The notes under the pieces were generated by a model. That model was not told where the DNA came from and did not search any database. It saw only the letters and a program-made list of their open reading frames with translations. A program made the position numbers and the translations under genes. Shown one piece after another: positions 1 to 13,683 of a stretch of 64,000 nucleotides of DNA. The stretch spans positions 219,108,001 to 219,172,000 of the forward strand of contig OX597814.1 in NCBI GenBank assembly GCA_951406725.2, written 5' to 3'. Each line of letters begins with the position of its first letter. Position 1 is the first letter of the stretch. Source of the DNA: Octopus vulgaris. Its lineage: Eukaryota.

Positions 1-151
1 TTCTCCTTATTCCTTTTGGCACTCGTACTCATTTATCCATATTTTGGCTTTTATTGCAAGGCGACCGTGCGGTGTTTAAAGGAGTCATTCATTCGTCACC
101 ATCTCCTTTTCGCACGGTCGTTCTACACATGTGATAAAAATAAGACTACTG
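1..151 (+). mobile_element. 3' end of an R4/Dong-like non-LTR retroelement abutting (TAA)n
   Basis: Ends AAAATAAGACTACTG then (AAT)n, nearly identical to the 3' terminus of the element at 54227 (AAAATAAAACTACTG-AATAAT). Perfect 10-bp stem at 62-71/111-120. Confidence 0.5.
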
Positions 152-286
152 AATAATAATAATAATAATGATGATAATAATAATAATGATAATAAATAAT
201 AATAATGATAATAATAAGGATAATAATGATGATAATAATAATAATGATAATGATAAAGATAATGTTGATGATGATGATGATGATGA
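152..286. repeat. (TAA)n/(TGA)n microsatellite
   Basis: Directly visible. Confidence 0.95.
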
Positions 287-440
287 AAATACCCTGTAAC
301 AATGCAGTGATTTCCAAACTTATTTTATCGCAGAATCCTTATACGATTTCTCAAAAATTACAGAACCCCCATATCTATATATTTTACAGACAATCCTTAT
401 CACTCCAATTAATCAGAGATTAAATAAAACAGAAATTATT

Positions 441-441
<1 letters not shown>

Positions 442-502
<61 letters not shown>
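442..502. repeat. (AG)n microsatellite
   Basis: Directly visible. Confidence 0.97.
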
Positions 503-503
<1 letters not shown>

Positions 504-701
504 ATTAATGTTTTTATCAACAAAAACAACTTTTAATAACTTACTTTGAAAATGGTGAGCGCCATCTATGTTTATGAAATATGTCTCTTTTTACTAAAAA
601 TTAAGAGGCACTTTATCTAAGGAAATCCCAGAATTTGTATTCATGGAATCCTGGTATTTAGAAAACTCTGCTCTCTAACAAGGAAAACAATATCAGTTCA
701 A

Positions 702-1445
702 TGTGAAAATTTATGTGGGTCGCACCTGAGAATATATGCCTAGTGAGAATATTCAGCAATCCAAGATGTCACAATTCGCTGGAATGTTGCCCATATGATT
801 AGCGAACCTGACCAATTGCAACTTCTGCTGGAAGGAATATTATTCACTTTCAACTCTTGGCGCCTGCTCTTCTGTGAGCCTCTCAATCGGTATAAAATGA
901 TACACACACACACAAACGACCACGATCCAAAGAGCTTTGGGATGTAGCCGAGACGACAAGGCAGACGGATGGCGAACAGACACGAGCGTAGCGGGGGCGG
1001 TAGGGGCGGTACTTTTGGGCCTGCTGTAAGTAATATGTGTTTTTTTTTTTTTTTTGTGGAGTCCGGGGGCGGCACACACTCTAGCTACGCTAGTGCTCGA
1101 GCAGCAGTTGAATCTAGCTAATATCATCATAACGAACAGCCAGCAGCAATGCAACGACTAGCGGTAGCTTTTCGAATACTATTACAAAACATCCAAACTC
1201 TCTCAACAAACTCAAATTTGTTCGTGAAACCTCAATATTATTTTGACATTTTCTTCTATCTACATCTGTCTACCTCCGACGCTAGAAGCTCCCAGCATTC
1301 AACAGTTAGCAACAGCCAGCATTCACCTAAGTACAAGTGATAGTCTACGCTAGCTATCAACAACCAACTTTAGTACAAGTGGTAACAACATATTACAGCC
1401 ACATATGTTTAGTTCTCAGCGAGTCGATATCTATTTTACTTCACA
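702..1445 (+). mobile_element. Possible solo LTR
   Basis: TGTGAA...TTCACA termini, internal TATAAAA at 891, CpG-rich non-coding sequence; no clear TSD. Confidence 0.3.
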
Positions 1446-3487
1446 TTGGGAAATATTTGAATACCACAATTTTTCTTTCTCTCTCCTGTAAATAAAATCA
1501 AGTGTTCAGAAAGTAGGTTCGCAGCAGTCATAATTGTCGTACATTATCTAGTCTGAGATTTTAATCTTGTTCCTTTACGTTCTGAATTAAAACCTAACTT
1601 TGTATTTTACTCTTTCGAGGTTGATTAAAATTATACAGTGATTCTTTTTTTTTTCTTAGTTTGGATAAGCTGGTGTGCGGTAGGAATCCTGCGTTTCGTG
1701 GTTGTACATTCCTTCGTCTGAGAGAAAGGAAGACGTTTTCCAATTGAATCCTCTTCTCTTCGTATCACTCAAACTTATCCAGACAACCTTCATTCTGTAA
1801 TTTTACCGACGGAGAACACTACTGGTTTCCTCAGGCTATTTTGACCTCTTTATACTAATGTATTACAACCATATCTCTTACCTTATGAAGCTCTATGGAG
1901 AATCAAATGAAATTAGTATTATGACAGGCTGTCAGCGGCCAGTTGAGTCTGCTACGCAGTTATAATTATCGGCGTAAGGACATTTTTTAAATCGTTCAAT
2001 CGTAGGAGGAAGGGAAAACCCACGTGTCTTCTCAGGTTTCTAAGACTAGTAGGACGAACTGAAGAAGTTGTCCTCAGACAGGAGACCTGGCCCGAGTGCT
2101 TGCAATTGAATGGACTCTGTTGGCGAACAAAAACGGTGCTTCTGACATATTCCCACCGAACTTACATCTACCAAATTTCATTTACAAGTCAACCCGAGGC
2201 GATGGCAAATGCCGCACCGTAGATCGATCCAAGCGAGCTTCTTATCAATGTTTCGCGTCCATTTGTCACCACTTACTCTCTAATAACATTGGTGTGAAAA
2301 CATGATTTAAAACAAAACACCTCGTTGCTGCTCCTCTGAAACATAGAAGACCCTTTGCTGCTTAGTAAAGGTAAACAATTAAGATTATACGCTCTGATAC
2401 TGAGATGAATATATTAGACTAAGAAACGAATCTTTTCATAACCAAAGCTGTAACATGATTCCTATTTCTCCTTGGAGCAATATCAGAATACACACCTAGT
2501 TCATTTGGAAAGGCATGAACTACACCAATTCTGATTTCTTTATCTTTGTAAATATTAGTCGTATTTTCTCTATGTAAAGGATGAAAACCAGGTGACACAA
2601 GAAAAAGTTCTTAATGAAAGAGTGAAATCAACTTCCTATATATTGTTTGGTCTTAATTCTTCAACCAGCGCAAAGTCATCATCACTACCAAGAAGATTAT
2701 ATTTCAGAAAAGTAAGCACCAAAACTAAACAACATAAAATGTTGACAAAGACGCACCCAAACTCAAAAACATCTTCTTAAACTCGAAATTACTAATTAGC
2801 AATTACTAATTATTAAAGCAACGAAATTGTTTTCGGTATCCGTAGCAAGTATAATAGGATTCGCTGGCCATTTTTCGGTCAAGAGCTATGGACTTCAGTT
2901 TTAAATATATCAGTTTTTTGCATAGAAAAATGTTCCTTTTTGATAAAGAGTTGTTCAATTAAGACCGTTTATCAGCCCTCCCTTGGCTCGCAGATAAACT
3001 AAGTCCACTTATCAAATCATCTATAAAAAAACAACAACAACAAAGAATTAAGTAGATTATTCATTCTTAAGATACATTTTTACATTGAACGTAAAAGCTA
3101 GCCTAGTTGTCTCCAGAAAAAATTTCGTACCAGGAACCGTCAATAGATTGTATCTCGAATGCACCATCAAATTTAAATATGAGAACTACTAATCGGCTTG
3201 TTTACAGATACTTGTCAAAAGCTGCAACGAATACGTACATAAACATATCCTGTGCACACACACACACAGATGCACCATGAAAGATTTGTCACACGACACA
3301 TATTTTGATACGTACACATGATGGTTTCAAATTTTGGTACAAGGCCGGCACTCATTTTATCGTACTCAGAAAGGATGATAGGTAAAGTCGATCTCGGCGG
3401 AATTTGAACTTAGAACGTAGCAACAATCAACAACTACAACATCAAAATTCTATATACAGTAGAACTTCACAGTACGACTGCTCTATG

Positions 3488-3810
3488 TGGAGGCGCAATG
3501 GCCCAGTGGTTAGGACAGCGGACTCGCGGTCGGAGGACCGCGGTTTCGATTCTCAAACCGGGCGTTGTGTGTGTTTATTGAGCGAAAACACCTAAAGCTC
3601 CACGAGGCTCCGGCAGAGGGTGGTGGCGACCCCTGTTGTACTCTTTCTCCCCAATTTTCTCTCACTCTTTCTTCCTGTTTCTTGAGTAACGCTGCGATGG
3701 ACTGGTGTCCCGTTTAGCTGGGGGGAACACATACGCCATAGAAACCGGGAAACTGGGCTCATGAGCCTGGCTAGGCTTGAAAAGGGCGCATATAACAAAA
3801 AAACAAAAAA
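3488..3810 (+). mobile_element. tRNA-derived SINE family A, 3' module type 1
   Basis: A box TGGCCCAGTGG, B box GGTTTCGATTC, A-rich tail. Confidence 0.85.
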
Positions 3811-4022
3811 CCAGCGGAAATGCGCAGTACGAGCGAGTTTCATGCAAGCAACCGTTAGTCGGCGTTGAGCTCGCACACCTTCTCCCAACAAGTGCAGCCT
3901 CCGCTCGCTCATTAAACGTGTTTATCTCGTTGTGGCAGCATCCCTGTTGTGTTTTTCCCAGTATTTTTGTTTAGTTTTGTGCATTTTTTACTATTATTTT
4001 ATAATAATTAGTTGTGTTAGCC

Positions 4023-6110
4023 ATGGGTCCTAAGAAGGTTAGTGCAAAGGACAGTGCTGAGAAGAAGAAAAAACTAATTATGATAGAATTGAAGAAAGAA
4101 AGCATTGATAAACACGAGAGAGGGGTGCGTGTAGTAGACATAGCATGTCAATACGACCGAAGCACGTCAACGATCTGCACCATCCAGAAGAAAAAAAGAC
4201 GAGATCGAGGCCGTTACAACAGCAAAGTGTGTCTTCAGGTTCTCTAAGCAAAGCACATCTGTCCACGAAAGGATGGACAAATTGCTTCTTCCGTGGATCA
4301 ATGGGAAGCAACTCTCAGGGGATACGACGATTACGGAGACTATCGTCTGCTAGAAAGCACGAGCGCTGTATGGGGATCTCCTAAAGCAGAACCCTGGAAC
4401 ATCGACGGAGGAGACATCAGCAGACACATTTAAAGCCAGTCGCGGCTGGTTTGATAATTTCAAGAAGAGGACTGGTGTTCACAGCGTCGTCAGATGTGGA
4501 GAAGCAGCGAGTTCTGACACGGAGGCAGCTGAGGATTTCGTGCGTGAATTCCGCCAGCTCATCGCAGCCGAGGGTTACATCGCACAACAGGTATTCAACT
4601 GTGATGAAATTGGCCTTTTTTGAAAAAAAAAAAAAAATTCCCAGAAGAACCTACATAATTGCAGAGAAGAAAATGTCAGGTCACAAGCCTGTGAAAGATA
4701 GGCTAACTCGCTCTTTGTGCCAATGCGAGCGGGGGCTTGAAGATTAAGCCGCTCCTTGTTTACCATTCCGAAAACCCACGAGCGTTCAAGTCGCACAAAA
4801 CCCTGAAGAAACTGCAGGTCGTGTGGAGGGCAAACGTTAAAGCCTGCGTCATCAGGCAATTCTTCTCCGAGTGGGTCAGCCTTGTTTTCGGACCAGCATT
4901 AAAAAAAGCACCTTCTGGAGAACAATCTTTCTCTCAATGCCCTCCTCACCCTCCTAACCTCGAAGATGATATCCTTGACAAATTTAAGTTTATAAAAGTT
5001 CTGTACTTTTCACGCAACACCACCCCTATCTTGCAAACCATGGCCCAACAGGTGGTTTTTAATTTTAAGAAATTGTACACCAAACACCTGTTTCGTCGGT
5101 GCTTTGATGTCACCGAAAATACAAATCTAACTCTTTGTGAGTTTTGGAAGGAGCACTATAACATTGTAAACTGCTTGAAAATCAGAGTGTAACGAGGAGA
5201 ATGCTAAATTCTGGATGGCGTAACTGTGACCTGACTGCACATCCGAAAGAGACTTCAAGAGGTGTGAGTCTGAGACACCCGTAGTCGAGAAGATAGTGTC
5301 TCTTGGCAAGTCCATGGACCTGCAGGTTGACGATGGGTACATTAACGATCTCGTCGAGGGACACTCAGAGGTGCTGACGACAGATGAATTCCTGCAGCAT
5401 CAGGAACAGAAGCATATGGAGGCGCAATGGCCCAGTGGTTAGGGCAGCGGACTCGCGGTCGGAGGATCGCGGTTTCGATTCCCAGACCGGGCGTTGTGTG
5501 TGTTTATTGAGCGAAAACACCTAAAGCTCCATGAAGTTCCGGCAGGGGGTGGTGGCGGCCCCTGTTGAACTCTTTCACCCCAACTTTCTCTCACTCCTTC
5601 TTTCTGCTTCTTGTTCCCGACTTCCTACGCAACCGCTGAGCCTGGATGCGCATTCATCCATCCGTCGATGCTCTCGGTGTCGGGGGTTGACATGCTTTCT
5701 CTTCTGCGGGTCTTACGAATAGCAAAGGACCACGTTTCGGACTTCTCCCACGAAGACCACTTCGCTCAACAGCAACAGCAGCATATGGATTGAATCCCCG
5801 GAGGAAGACAATGTAGTGGAGAATACTATCTCTACGAGTGACATAAAGGCAGTGTTGGCAAAGTGAGAGTATGTTTCTGAATTTGTAGAAAAATATCATC
5901 CTGAAAAAGTAGCAACGGATCGTGCAGCTACTTCATTTCATAAAACTGCTCTGGCGCATTTTCTTAACATTTTAAAAGGCAAGAAAAAGCAGACTTCTCT
6001 TGGTATGCTTCTAATGAAACGACCTGCAAGTGTAAAAAACGAAGAAAGTATATCCAAAAAGCCTAAATTAAGCGGTGTGAGAGAAAACGCCAGAAATTTT
6101 TCTTCCTGAA
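4023..6110 (+). pseudogene. Frameshifted Tigger (TIGD1-like) transposase
   Basis: MGPKKVSAKD..IELKKESIDKHERGVRVVDIACQYDRSTSTICTI (CENP-B-type HTH), FKASRGWFDNFK, QVFNCDE, GHKPVKDRLT, KIKPLLVYHSENPRAFK, NTTPILQ; multiple frameshifts and stops. Confidence 0.88.
5417..5775 (+). mobile_element. tRNA-derived SINE family A, 3' module type 2, inserted in the transposase
   Basis: Same head as 3488; flanked by near-duplicate ACAG(A/C)AGCATATGGA (TSD). Confidence 0.85.
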
Positions 6111-6625
6111 GTTTCAATGGAAGGAGATTCTCCTTCCAAACAGTACTCCTCCTCCTCCTCCTCCCGCTCTATCGTCTTCCTCGTGAACAAATTGTCCCAT
6201 CTTTAAGGTAATTCAGTAAATAAAACCAGTTTACATATTTCTTTTGCATTCTCTTTTTTTCCTTTTGTCATTATACTTGTAACTCCACCTTTTCTGTTTT
6301 AAAACTCATAAAAACTATTTTGTTGGGGCTGGAACGGATTAATTATATTTTAATCAATTTCAATGGGGTAAATTGATTTGTAAAACGAGTAAATCGTAAA
6401 ACGAGTCCGGTCATGGAACGAATTAAGCTCGTACTGCGAGGTATCACTGTACTTACATTTGTAAACCAAAATATTTACTCAAAAAAAAAAAAGCTTCTCA
6501 CACAGACTATTTTATTGGTTGCAGTTCTGATTGAACCGACCTATAATCAAAAGCGTTCCAACAGAGATAATTCTGTTATGTCTACCCATCCGTCCATCTT
6601 CTTCGCCCACTATTCCCGGAAGTGT

Positions 6626-7221
6626 TGTGGAAATAGAGTCCTCAGGCACTTCCTCCCTCAGGTACGGTCCCAGAAATTTTTCGAAGGGGTGTGGACACAA
6701 GATCAGAAAGGAATACAATTCCAGGAGAAAAGGGGGTAATAACATTATCTAGAAGGGCGCACTTCTTTTCTTGAGAGGGGTTCTCCTTGGGTTCTCCCCT
6801 GTCCCTTAGAAGCATCCATCATTACACTTTCCGACTAGATTCTCAAGCACGAATAACAGACTATGGTTATTATCCAACCATTTCATTCTCGATCTACCAC
6901 ATACATTTCTCGCTGGTTGGCTCGGCCTGAAGAACCCGTCTGGCAATTCTTCTCTGTGACATACTAATCACAATTTGGCAATAATATCTGTGGTGTCGGT
7001 GGAGAGGACGACAGATAGGGGAGGGCGGAAGTAGGGCTTGCAGGGCGCATGCGCGGCAGGAAGCGGAAGCGGTGAGGGACGACGCACGTGTGGCATCAAC
7101 GAAGCGGCAGTTGGAGCTGAGACGAGGAAGCGACGAGACGCATTGGCTTTGTTGACAGAGATCTGATCTTCGCTGGGTTTCTTTCTCCTTTTCTGTTGTC
7201 CTCTTCATCATTCACACCACA
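6626..7221. mobile_element. Possible solo LTR
   Basis: TGTGG...CCACA termini around a GC-rich non-coding block; flanks GTGT and ATAT do not match. Confidence 0.2.
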
Positions 7222-7427
7222 ATATCTGTATTACAACTCTTAATACAGACAAGTGGCAGCTCGACCTGGAGAGACTCTCTGATATCCGAGCTACCGCTCT
7301 TCTGGAGGAACCTCATCTCAGCTGCTTGTATCCGGGACCGTACCCTTTCGGTCATTATGCGGTCGTTGAGACAGTTAATCTGACATATCGCTTATGATGT
7401 CTTGTAACAAAAACATCTGGTCATTTT

Positions 7428-7470
<43 letters not shown>

Positions 7471-7819
7471 GTTTTTGTCACGTTAGAAATATGTTTCTAT
7501 CAGATTGAATACAAGTTCCTAATTACAGTTAAATGACTGCTTGGAAGATAATTAACAGATGTTTTTATATTTCGGGATGGTCATTTTTATTGAATTTGTT
7601 TTTGTTTTTTTGCCAGCAACATCAACAACAGGAACCGCAACAATATCAACAGCAAGATGCTGACCGAGAAACAATTTCATACTAACATACTTGACAAAAA
7701 CATAATGGTTGGACATAGTTTTCACAGATAAGCTTGACAGACATTGTCTAAACCATAAAATAACGCTTTTCTCACCAGCAAACACTACAGAAATTCTACA
7801 GTAACGGGTGCGCGGGCGT

Positions 7820-7820
<1 letters not shown>

Positions 7821-7871
<51 letters not shown>

Positions 7872-7950
7872 GCACGCACGCACACACACACACACACACG
7901 CACGCACACACACACACTTTCTCTCTTTCTCTCTCTGTCTTTCTCTCTCC
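7821..7950. repeat. (CA)n/(CT)n microsatellite
   Basis: Directly visible. Confidence 0.95.
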
Positions 7951-8487
7951 CGCCAAAAGTGTGACACCGAATCTAAACACTCAATACTCAGTGATGCAAA
8001 AGTCCTAATAATGAGATACTCTTAATATTTTTTTTAAAAATTTGGCTCAAGCAATTTAGGGGGAAAAAGGATTACTCAGTTTCATAGATTCCGGTACTTG
8101 AAGAGGAGTTCGTTTTATCAAAACCTAAAAAAAAAAAGGAAAAAAAAACAGTAAAGCATTTTTTTCGACATGCTCACAATTCTGTTGATTCACAGACCCC
8201 AGGAAAACCCTACAAACAGGGGCTATTCAATAAGTAATTTTCTGTTACAGTTTTTCTCCTAGGTATATCTTTTGATCCCATTTTCTCAACTGTTTTGAAG
8301 CTCTTTTTTTTTTTTGCTTTATGGAACTTTCCCCTAAGTTATTCTGCTTTGTTAACTTGTACTGGTTTCACATTCTGGTACAAGGCCAGCAATTCTGAGG
8401 GAGAGGTAGTTTCGATATATCGATCCCTGTGTTTAACTGGTACTAATCTTCTTTTAACTAATCTTCTTTAACTGGTACTAATCTTTT

Positions 8488-8722
8488 AAAGGCGGGGAGC
8501 TGGTAGAAACGTTAGCACGTCGGGCGAAATACTTAGCGGTATTTCGTCTGCCGTTACGTTGTGAGTTCAAATTCCGCCGAGGTCGACTTTACCTTTCATC
8601 CTTTCGGGGTCGATAAATTAAGTACCAGTTACGCACTGGGGTCGATGTAATCGACTTAATACCTATGTCTGTCCTTGTTTGTCCCTTCTATGTTTAGCCC
8701 CTTGTGGGTAATAAAGAAATAG
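8488..8722 (+). mobile_element. tRNA-derived SINE family B (Meta/MESC-like central domain)
   Basis: GGCGG.GAGCTGG.AGAA head, GTTCAAATTCC B box, CCTTTCATCCTTTCGGGGTCGATAAATTAAGTACCAG core; TSD GGTACTAATCTT. Confidence 0.8.
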
Positions 8723-9323
8723 GTACTAATCTTCTTTTTGACTAATATTCCTTACTACTATAGGCACAAGACCTGGAATTTTCGGGAGAAGGCCAGTCGA
8801 TTACATCGACCCCAGTGTTCAACTGGTACTTATCTTATCGACCCCGAAAGGAATGAAAGGCAAAATCGGCCACGTTGGAATTTGAACTCTGCACGTAAAG
8901 GCGGGCGAAATACTGTAAAGCACTTTACCCGGCGTGCTAATGATTCTGCCAGTTCGCCGCCATCTTATTAAAATAATATTACTGTTAGCTTTGGATCATC
9001 TTCATATGCTACAGTTGTTGGCAATTATAGACCTTCTTGCCAAAGTCTAAAGATTCACAACTTTTCTTTGGAAACATACAGCAGTGGTTTTTCGTTACAA
9101 ACTGCCGGTTTATTTACAGTTTATTCTGCTAGTCACCTGCTCTCTCGAGTTTATCGAGTGATCTAGGACCTATTTAATTAATCCTAAAACCGCGGGAAGG
9201 TTTTTGTGACATTAGGGCATGTCCACACATCGCTGGGCCTGTATGAGATATCTTTAGGAGTCAGCCCGATTCTAAGTCCTTCATGCCTTAGTGACAGTGC
9301 CAGTTCTTACTACTTAACATATA

Positions 9324-10613
9324 TGAGGTAAATTCAAAAAGTATACGACTTTATTTTCCCCGCTAAAACTAATGCCACTATGGCAAAATCCTTTTGGGTG
9401 GGGGAGGTGACACTACTCTTTCTTATTTCTTTATTGCCCACAAGGAGCTAAACACAGAGGGGGAAAACAAGGACAGACAAACCCCGAAAGGATGAAAGGC
9501 AAAGTCGACCTCGGCGGAATTTGAACTCAGAACGTAACGCAGACGAAATACCTATTTCTTTACTACCCACAAGGGGCTAAACACAGAGGGGACAAACAAG
9601 AACAGACAAACGGATTAAGTCGATTACATCGACTCCAGTGTGTAACTGGTACTTATTTAATCGACCCCGAAGGGATGAAAGGCAAAGTTGACCTCGGTGG
9701 AATTTGAACTCAGAACGTAACGGCAGACGAAATATCGCTAAGCATTTCGCCCGGCGTGCTAACCTTTCTGCCAGCTCACCGCCTTCTTTTTCTGATACTA
9801 CTCTTTCTGCGCCTGTGTGAACATTTTCGCGCCGATAGGCTGCGTCAGTTCCCCGCTGTTATGCCTAGAGTATAGACGTGTAGTGCACGCTCGTCGGATT
9901 TTCGTTTTCATCGAACGTATCGAGCCAAGATACTGTCTCAAGTTTTGCCAAAATTTGAGAGCTACTCAAGCTCAAACGATCCAGAAGATTCAGCAGGCTT
10001 TCGCAATGATGTCATGGGCAAAACTCAGCTCAACCGCTTCAAACATAGCCGCGCTTTAATATAGAGTGAGGCACGATCGGGCAGGCCATCCACAAGCTGA
10101 AACAAGGAGCCAATGAAGAAGGTTTGACGAATAGTCATGGAAGACCGTTGTGTAACAATCGAGAAAATTGCTGACGAGGTGGGAATAAGCACAGAATCAG
10201 AGCATTTCACTTTAACGGAGGATTTTTGTAAGTGGAGAGTGTCAGCCAAATTCCTCCCCATGATGCTAGCGCAGCAGCAGAAGCTACTTCGCATGAAAAG
10301 CGCCCAGAGCATGCTGGACTGGGCAAACTACGACCCAGACTTCAAAAAGACCTTCATCGCTAGTGATAAGACTTGGGTTTATGGTCTCTGCTCGATGCAT
10401 TTGGTCATCTAGCTTCAAAATGAAAATTCGACGAGCGCGCACCATACGTTTGTACTATAAGTGTAACAGCCTGGAAATAACGTGGCCTACTGACGCAAAA
10501 ATTTTCCCGCATGCAAAGGAAGGATGGCGTCACTTCCCACCCAAAGGATTTTGCCAAAACAGTATTAGCTTTGGCAAGAAAAATTAAATCGGATACTTCC
10601 TGAATGCAGCTCG
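9324..10613 (+). mobile_element. Internally deleted mariner element with nested SINE
   Basis: Degenerate TIRs TA-TGAGGTAAATTCAAAAAGTATACGACT and reverse complement TA-CGAGCTGCATTCAGGAAGTATCCGATT. Peptides EPRYCLKFC, RSGRPSTS, EDRCVTIEKIADEVG, RVSAKFLP, FIASDKTWVYG (GDETWVYG-like); the C-terminal catalytic part is absent. Confidence 0.82.
9420..9785 (-). mobile_element. SINE family B, partial tandem dimer
   Basis: Two consecutive B bodies; flanking duplicate ACTACTCTTTCT. Confidence 0.8.
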
Positions 10614-10649
10614 TAACTGGGGTGACGACACCTGTAAAACAGGTATATG

Positions 10650-10975
10650 AAGAGCAAAAACCAATGGTGATATACTTTCGTTAACACAGCAAATTTACTT
10701 GAAAGGAAGCGCCTTAAAACAAGAGGTAATCTTCTGAAGAGTTTGGAAAATGGAGAAAATGAATTTCGAATGAGTAACGAATTCGTAAGTGCAAAAGCAA
10801 CAACACGCATCTCTTTGGTTTCTCTCACATCTTCCACATAAGCATTGACTACTTTATAACAATAGTACACTAACTCAAGACCATAGCAAGCATAGGAATA
10901 GTGGTGAGTCAGTGATAACTCCATTCTCTTCCAAACCTCTGAACTCCCAAGCAGGGACTTCAACAACGGATGCAC
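10650..10975 (-). mobile_element. Possible degraded LINE ORF2 C-terminal fragment (CR1/Jockey-like)
   Basis: RNSFSPFSKLFRRLP weakly resembles the NSFxPRTxxLWNxLP motif of LINE ORF2 ends. Confidence 0.25.
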
Positions 10976-11209
10976 TTCAATTTCTTACTCAAGCTTTTAA
11001 TATTGGTACTAAACAATGGTGTGCATTAATATTTGATACATTCTACAGTTCTACAACATTTTGAATATTCTCATACTTTGTCTGGAATACTTAATTATTC
11101 GTGTTTTAAAATAAAATTATTGGAGTTTACTTCTAATAAATACAATATTTTGCATATGATCAATATAGTTTGTGATAGCATTCTTATGATAATGTTGTTA
11201 TGGCGTAGT

Positions 11210-12225
11210 ATGGGTTTTGTCCGTCCTGCACGGTAGACAAATCGGTTGCTCCCGTCTTTCAACGTAACATACAACAAAGTCATACATGACAATTTAAGGC
11301 GACGAACGGTTCGATGTGCGGAAGAGATTTTTTAAATACTGGGAACATCCAAATGTGCCTCTGCCAACAAAGCAGGCGATTAATGTTCTGATTAAAAAGT
11401 TCAGGAAGACGGGCTCTGTTGAAAACAAGAAGCACGTTCGCCGACGTACCCACCTTTCTGATGATTTGTGGAAGATATCCGTCAACGAATTCTTCGCAGT
11501 CCCAGGAAATCCGTGCGACGCTTGTCTCATGAAAATGGATTATCTGTTGGCACCTGCCATACTGCTCTTCGCAAATCATTGAAATTGTACCTATACTCCG
11601 TGTCTTCTTTACATGAATTTATTCCTGGTGATTTTACCAAAAGATTGGATTACTGCAAATAGTTTCAAGAAAACATGGATGACGACCAGCTTGACATGAC
11701 CTTCTTCAGTGACGAGGCTTGGATTCACCTATCGGGAGATCTAAATTCGCAAAACACTAGCATCTGGAGTGCTCTCAATCCTCACAAGTCTGTCGAATCA
11801 CGCTTACTTGCAGTGAAGATTGGTGTATGGATGGCTATCAGCAAGCAAAGAATAGTAGGACCGATTTTCCCCCCCAGAAACCTTGAATTCGGAACGTTAT
11901 TGTGAGATAATTGATGAGTTTGTTGAGCAGCTGAGAATGAAAAAAGTAACGCATGGCTTCAACAGGATTCAGCAACATGTCATGTTAGTAACCACACTTT
12001 ATTTCACTAGCGACAAACTTTTGAACACAGGTTGGTCACGATAGGCCTTTGGCCACCCAGATCGCCAGACTTAACGCCTGTCGATTTCTTTTTATTCGGC
12101 TATATCAAAGACGCTGTGTTTGCAAAGAATCCCCATACATTTGATGAACTGTGTACGGATATAACTGATATTGTCCAAAATATCCCACGTGAAGTTCTGA
12201 TTAATGTGTTGCAGAACAAACGATC
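11210..12225 (+). pseudogene. Tc1/mariner-superfamily transposase remnant (DUF4817-type HTH plus DDE)
   Basis: PTKQAINVLIKKFRKTGSV, RSPRKSVRRLS, FFSDEAWIHLSG, KIGVWMAIS..IVGPIF, QQDSATCH, WPPRSPDLTPVDFFLFGYIKD; broken frames. Confidence 0.88.
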
Positions 12226-12387
12226 TTATTTTATCGATTCGGAAGGAATGAAAAGCAAAGTAAGTGACATTGGCAGGTTTGGAACGGCTGCAAATGAATA
12301 TCGTCAGGAATTTAGTTCGGTGCTAAACGATTTCTACCACTTCAGTCTTGGTGATTATATTGAATTCAGTTTTATTGAAAACGGCAT

Positions 12388-12773
<386 letters not shown>

Positions 12774-13164
12774 AGAAATTTTTCTGGCAGAGTCATGTAG
12801 CGGGAATATTTAGCAATCAGATTACTATATCTGATGTTATAGTTCGCTAGACTATTTACCCATGTCATAAAAAGGAAACCTGACCAAACAAGATTTCGTG
12901 TGGATCCAGCTCCAACAATTTCATCGTTTGGTACGTTTCCTTCTGAGCGTAACTATCGCTATTTGTTCAGCGCACCTTGGCTACGACGAAGAGACTGCAG
13001 ACAGACAGCAGAGAGACGGCGAACAGCGGCTGAGACCCAAGCTGACAACACAAAAGCAATGGACAGGTAGAGAAAGGTGAGGCATTAGAAAACAGTAACA
13101 CGATCAGAAGCTAACCATATTTTTACTGTTGCTACAACCACACCAATCCAAGAACAATTATCTG

Positions 13165-13391
13165 TTTCTTTATTACCCACAAGGGGCTAAACATAGAGGG
13201 GACAAACAAGGACAGACAAACGGATTAAGTCGATTACATCGATCCCAGTGCGTAACTGGTACTTAATTTATCGACCCCGGAAGGATGAAAGGCAAAGTCG
13301 ACCTCGGCGGAATTTGAACTCAGAACGTAACGGCAGACGAAATACGGCTACGCATTTCGGCCGGCGTGCTAACGATTCTGCCAGCTCGCCC
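13165..13391 (-). mobile_element. SINE family B
   Basis: Reverse complement of the 8488 copy. Confidence 0.82.
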
Positions 13392-13683
13392 TCCAAACTC
13401 TATCGATGTTTAGTAACGACATTTTCTTTTACAACGACCATGCGACGTGAGGTGACGAGAATGGCTCTTTAGTACCCGATCACACGGCCGTTACAATAAA
13501 GAGGAATTGAATGGTAGAAATAAGTGCCAGAGGGAAAAAGGACACAACCGCGTGAAAATGATGAAGAGAAAATTTATTGATATGTTATGTGTGTCTGTGT
13601 GTGCGTCATGTATGCAGAATAATAGACAGGCCGTCATGAGAACAAAATGTATGTGTTTGTGTAAACATAAATGTATACGTGTG

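Larger units (their letters stand above)
3457..6449 (+). mobile_element. Tigger/pogo DNA transposon (full extent, inactive) with two nested SINEs
   Basis: TIRs CAGTAGAACTTCACAGTACGA (3457) and CAGTGATACCTCGCAGTACGA (reverse complement, ending 6449), TA on both sides, internal transposase remnant. Confidence 0.88.

Noticed and set aside
3488-3565. tRNA gene (also at the other family A heads)
   Set aside because: A and B boxes are present but there is no clean acceptor stem or terminator; the sequence continues into a SINE body with tails and TSDs
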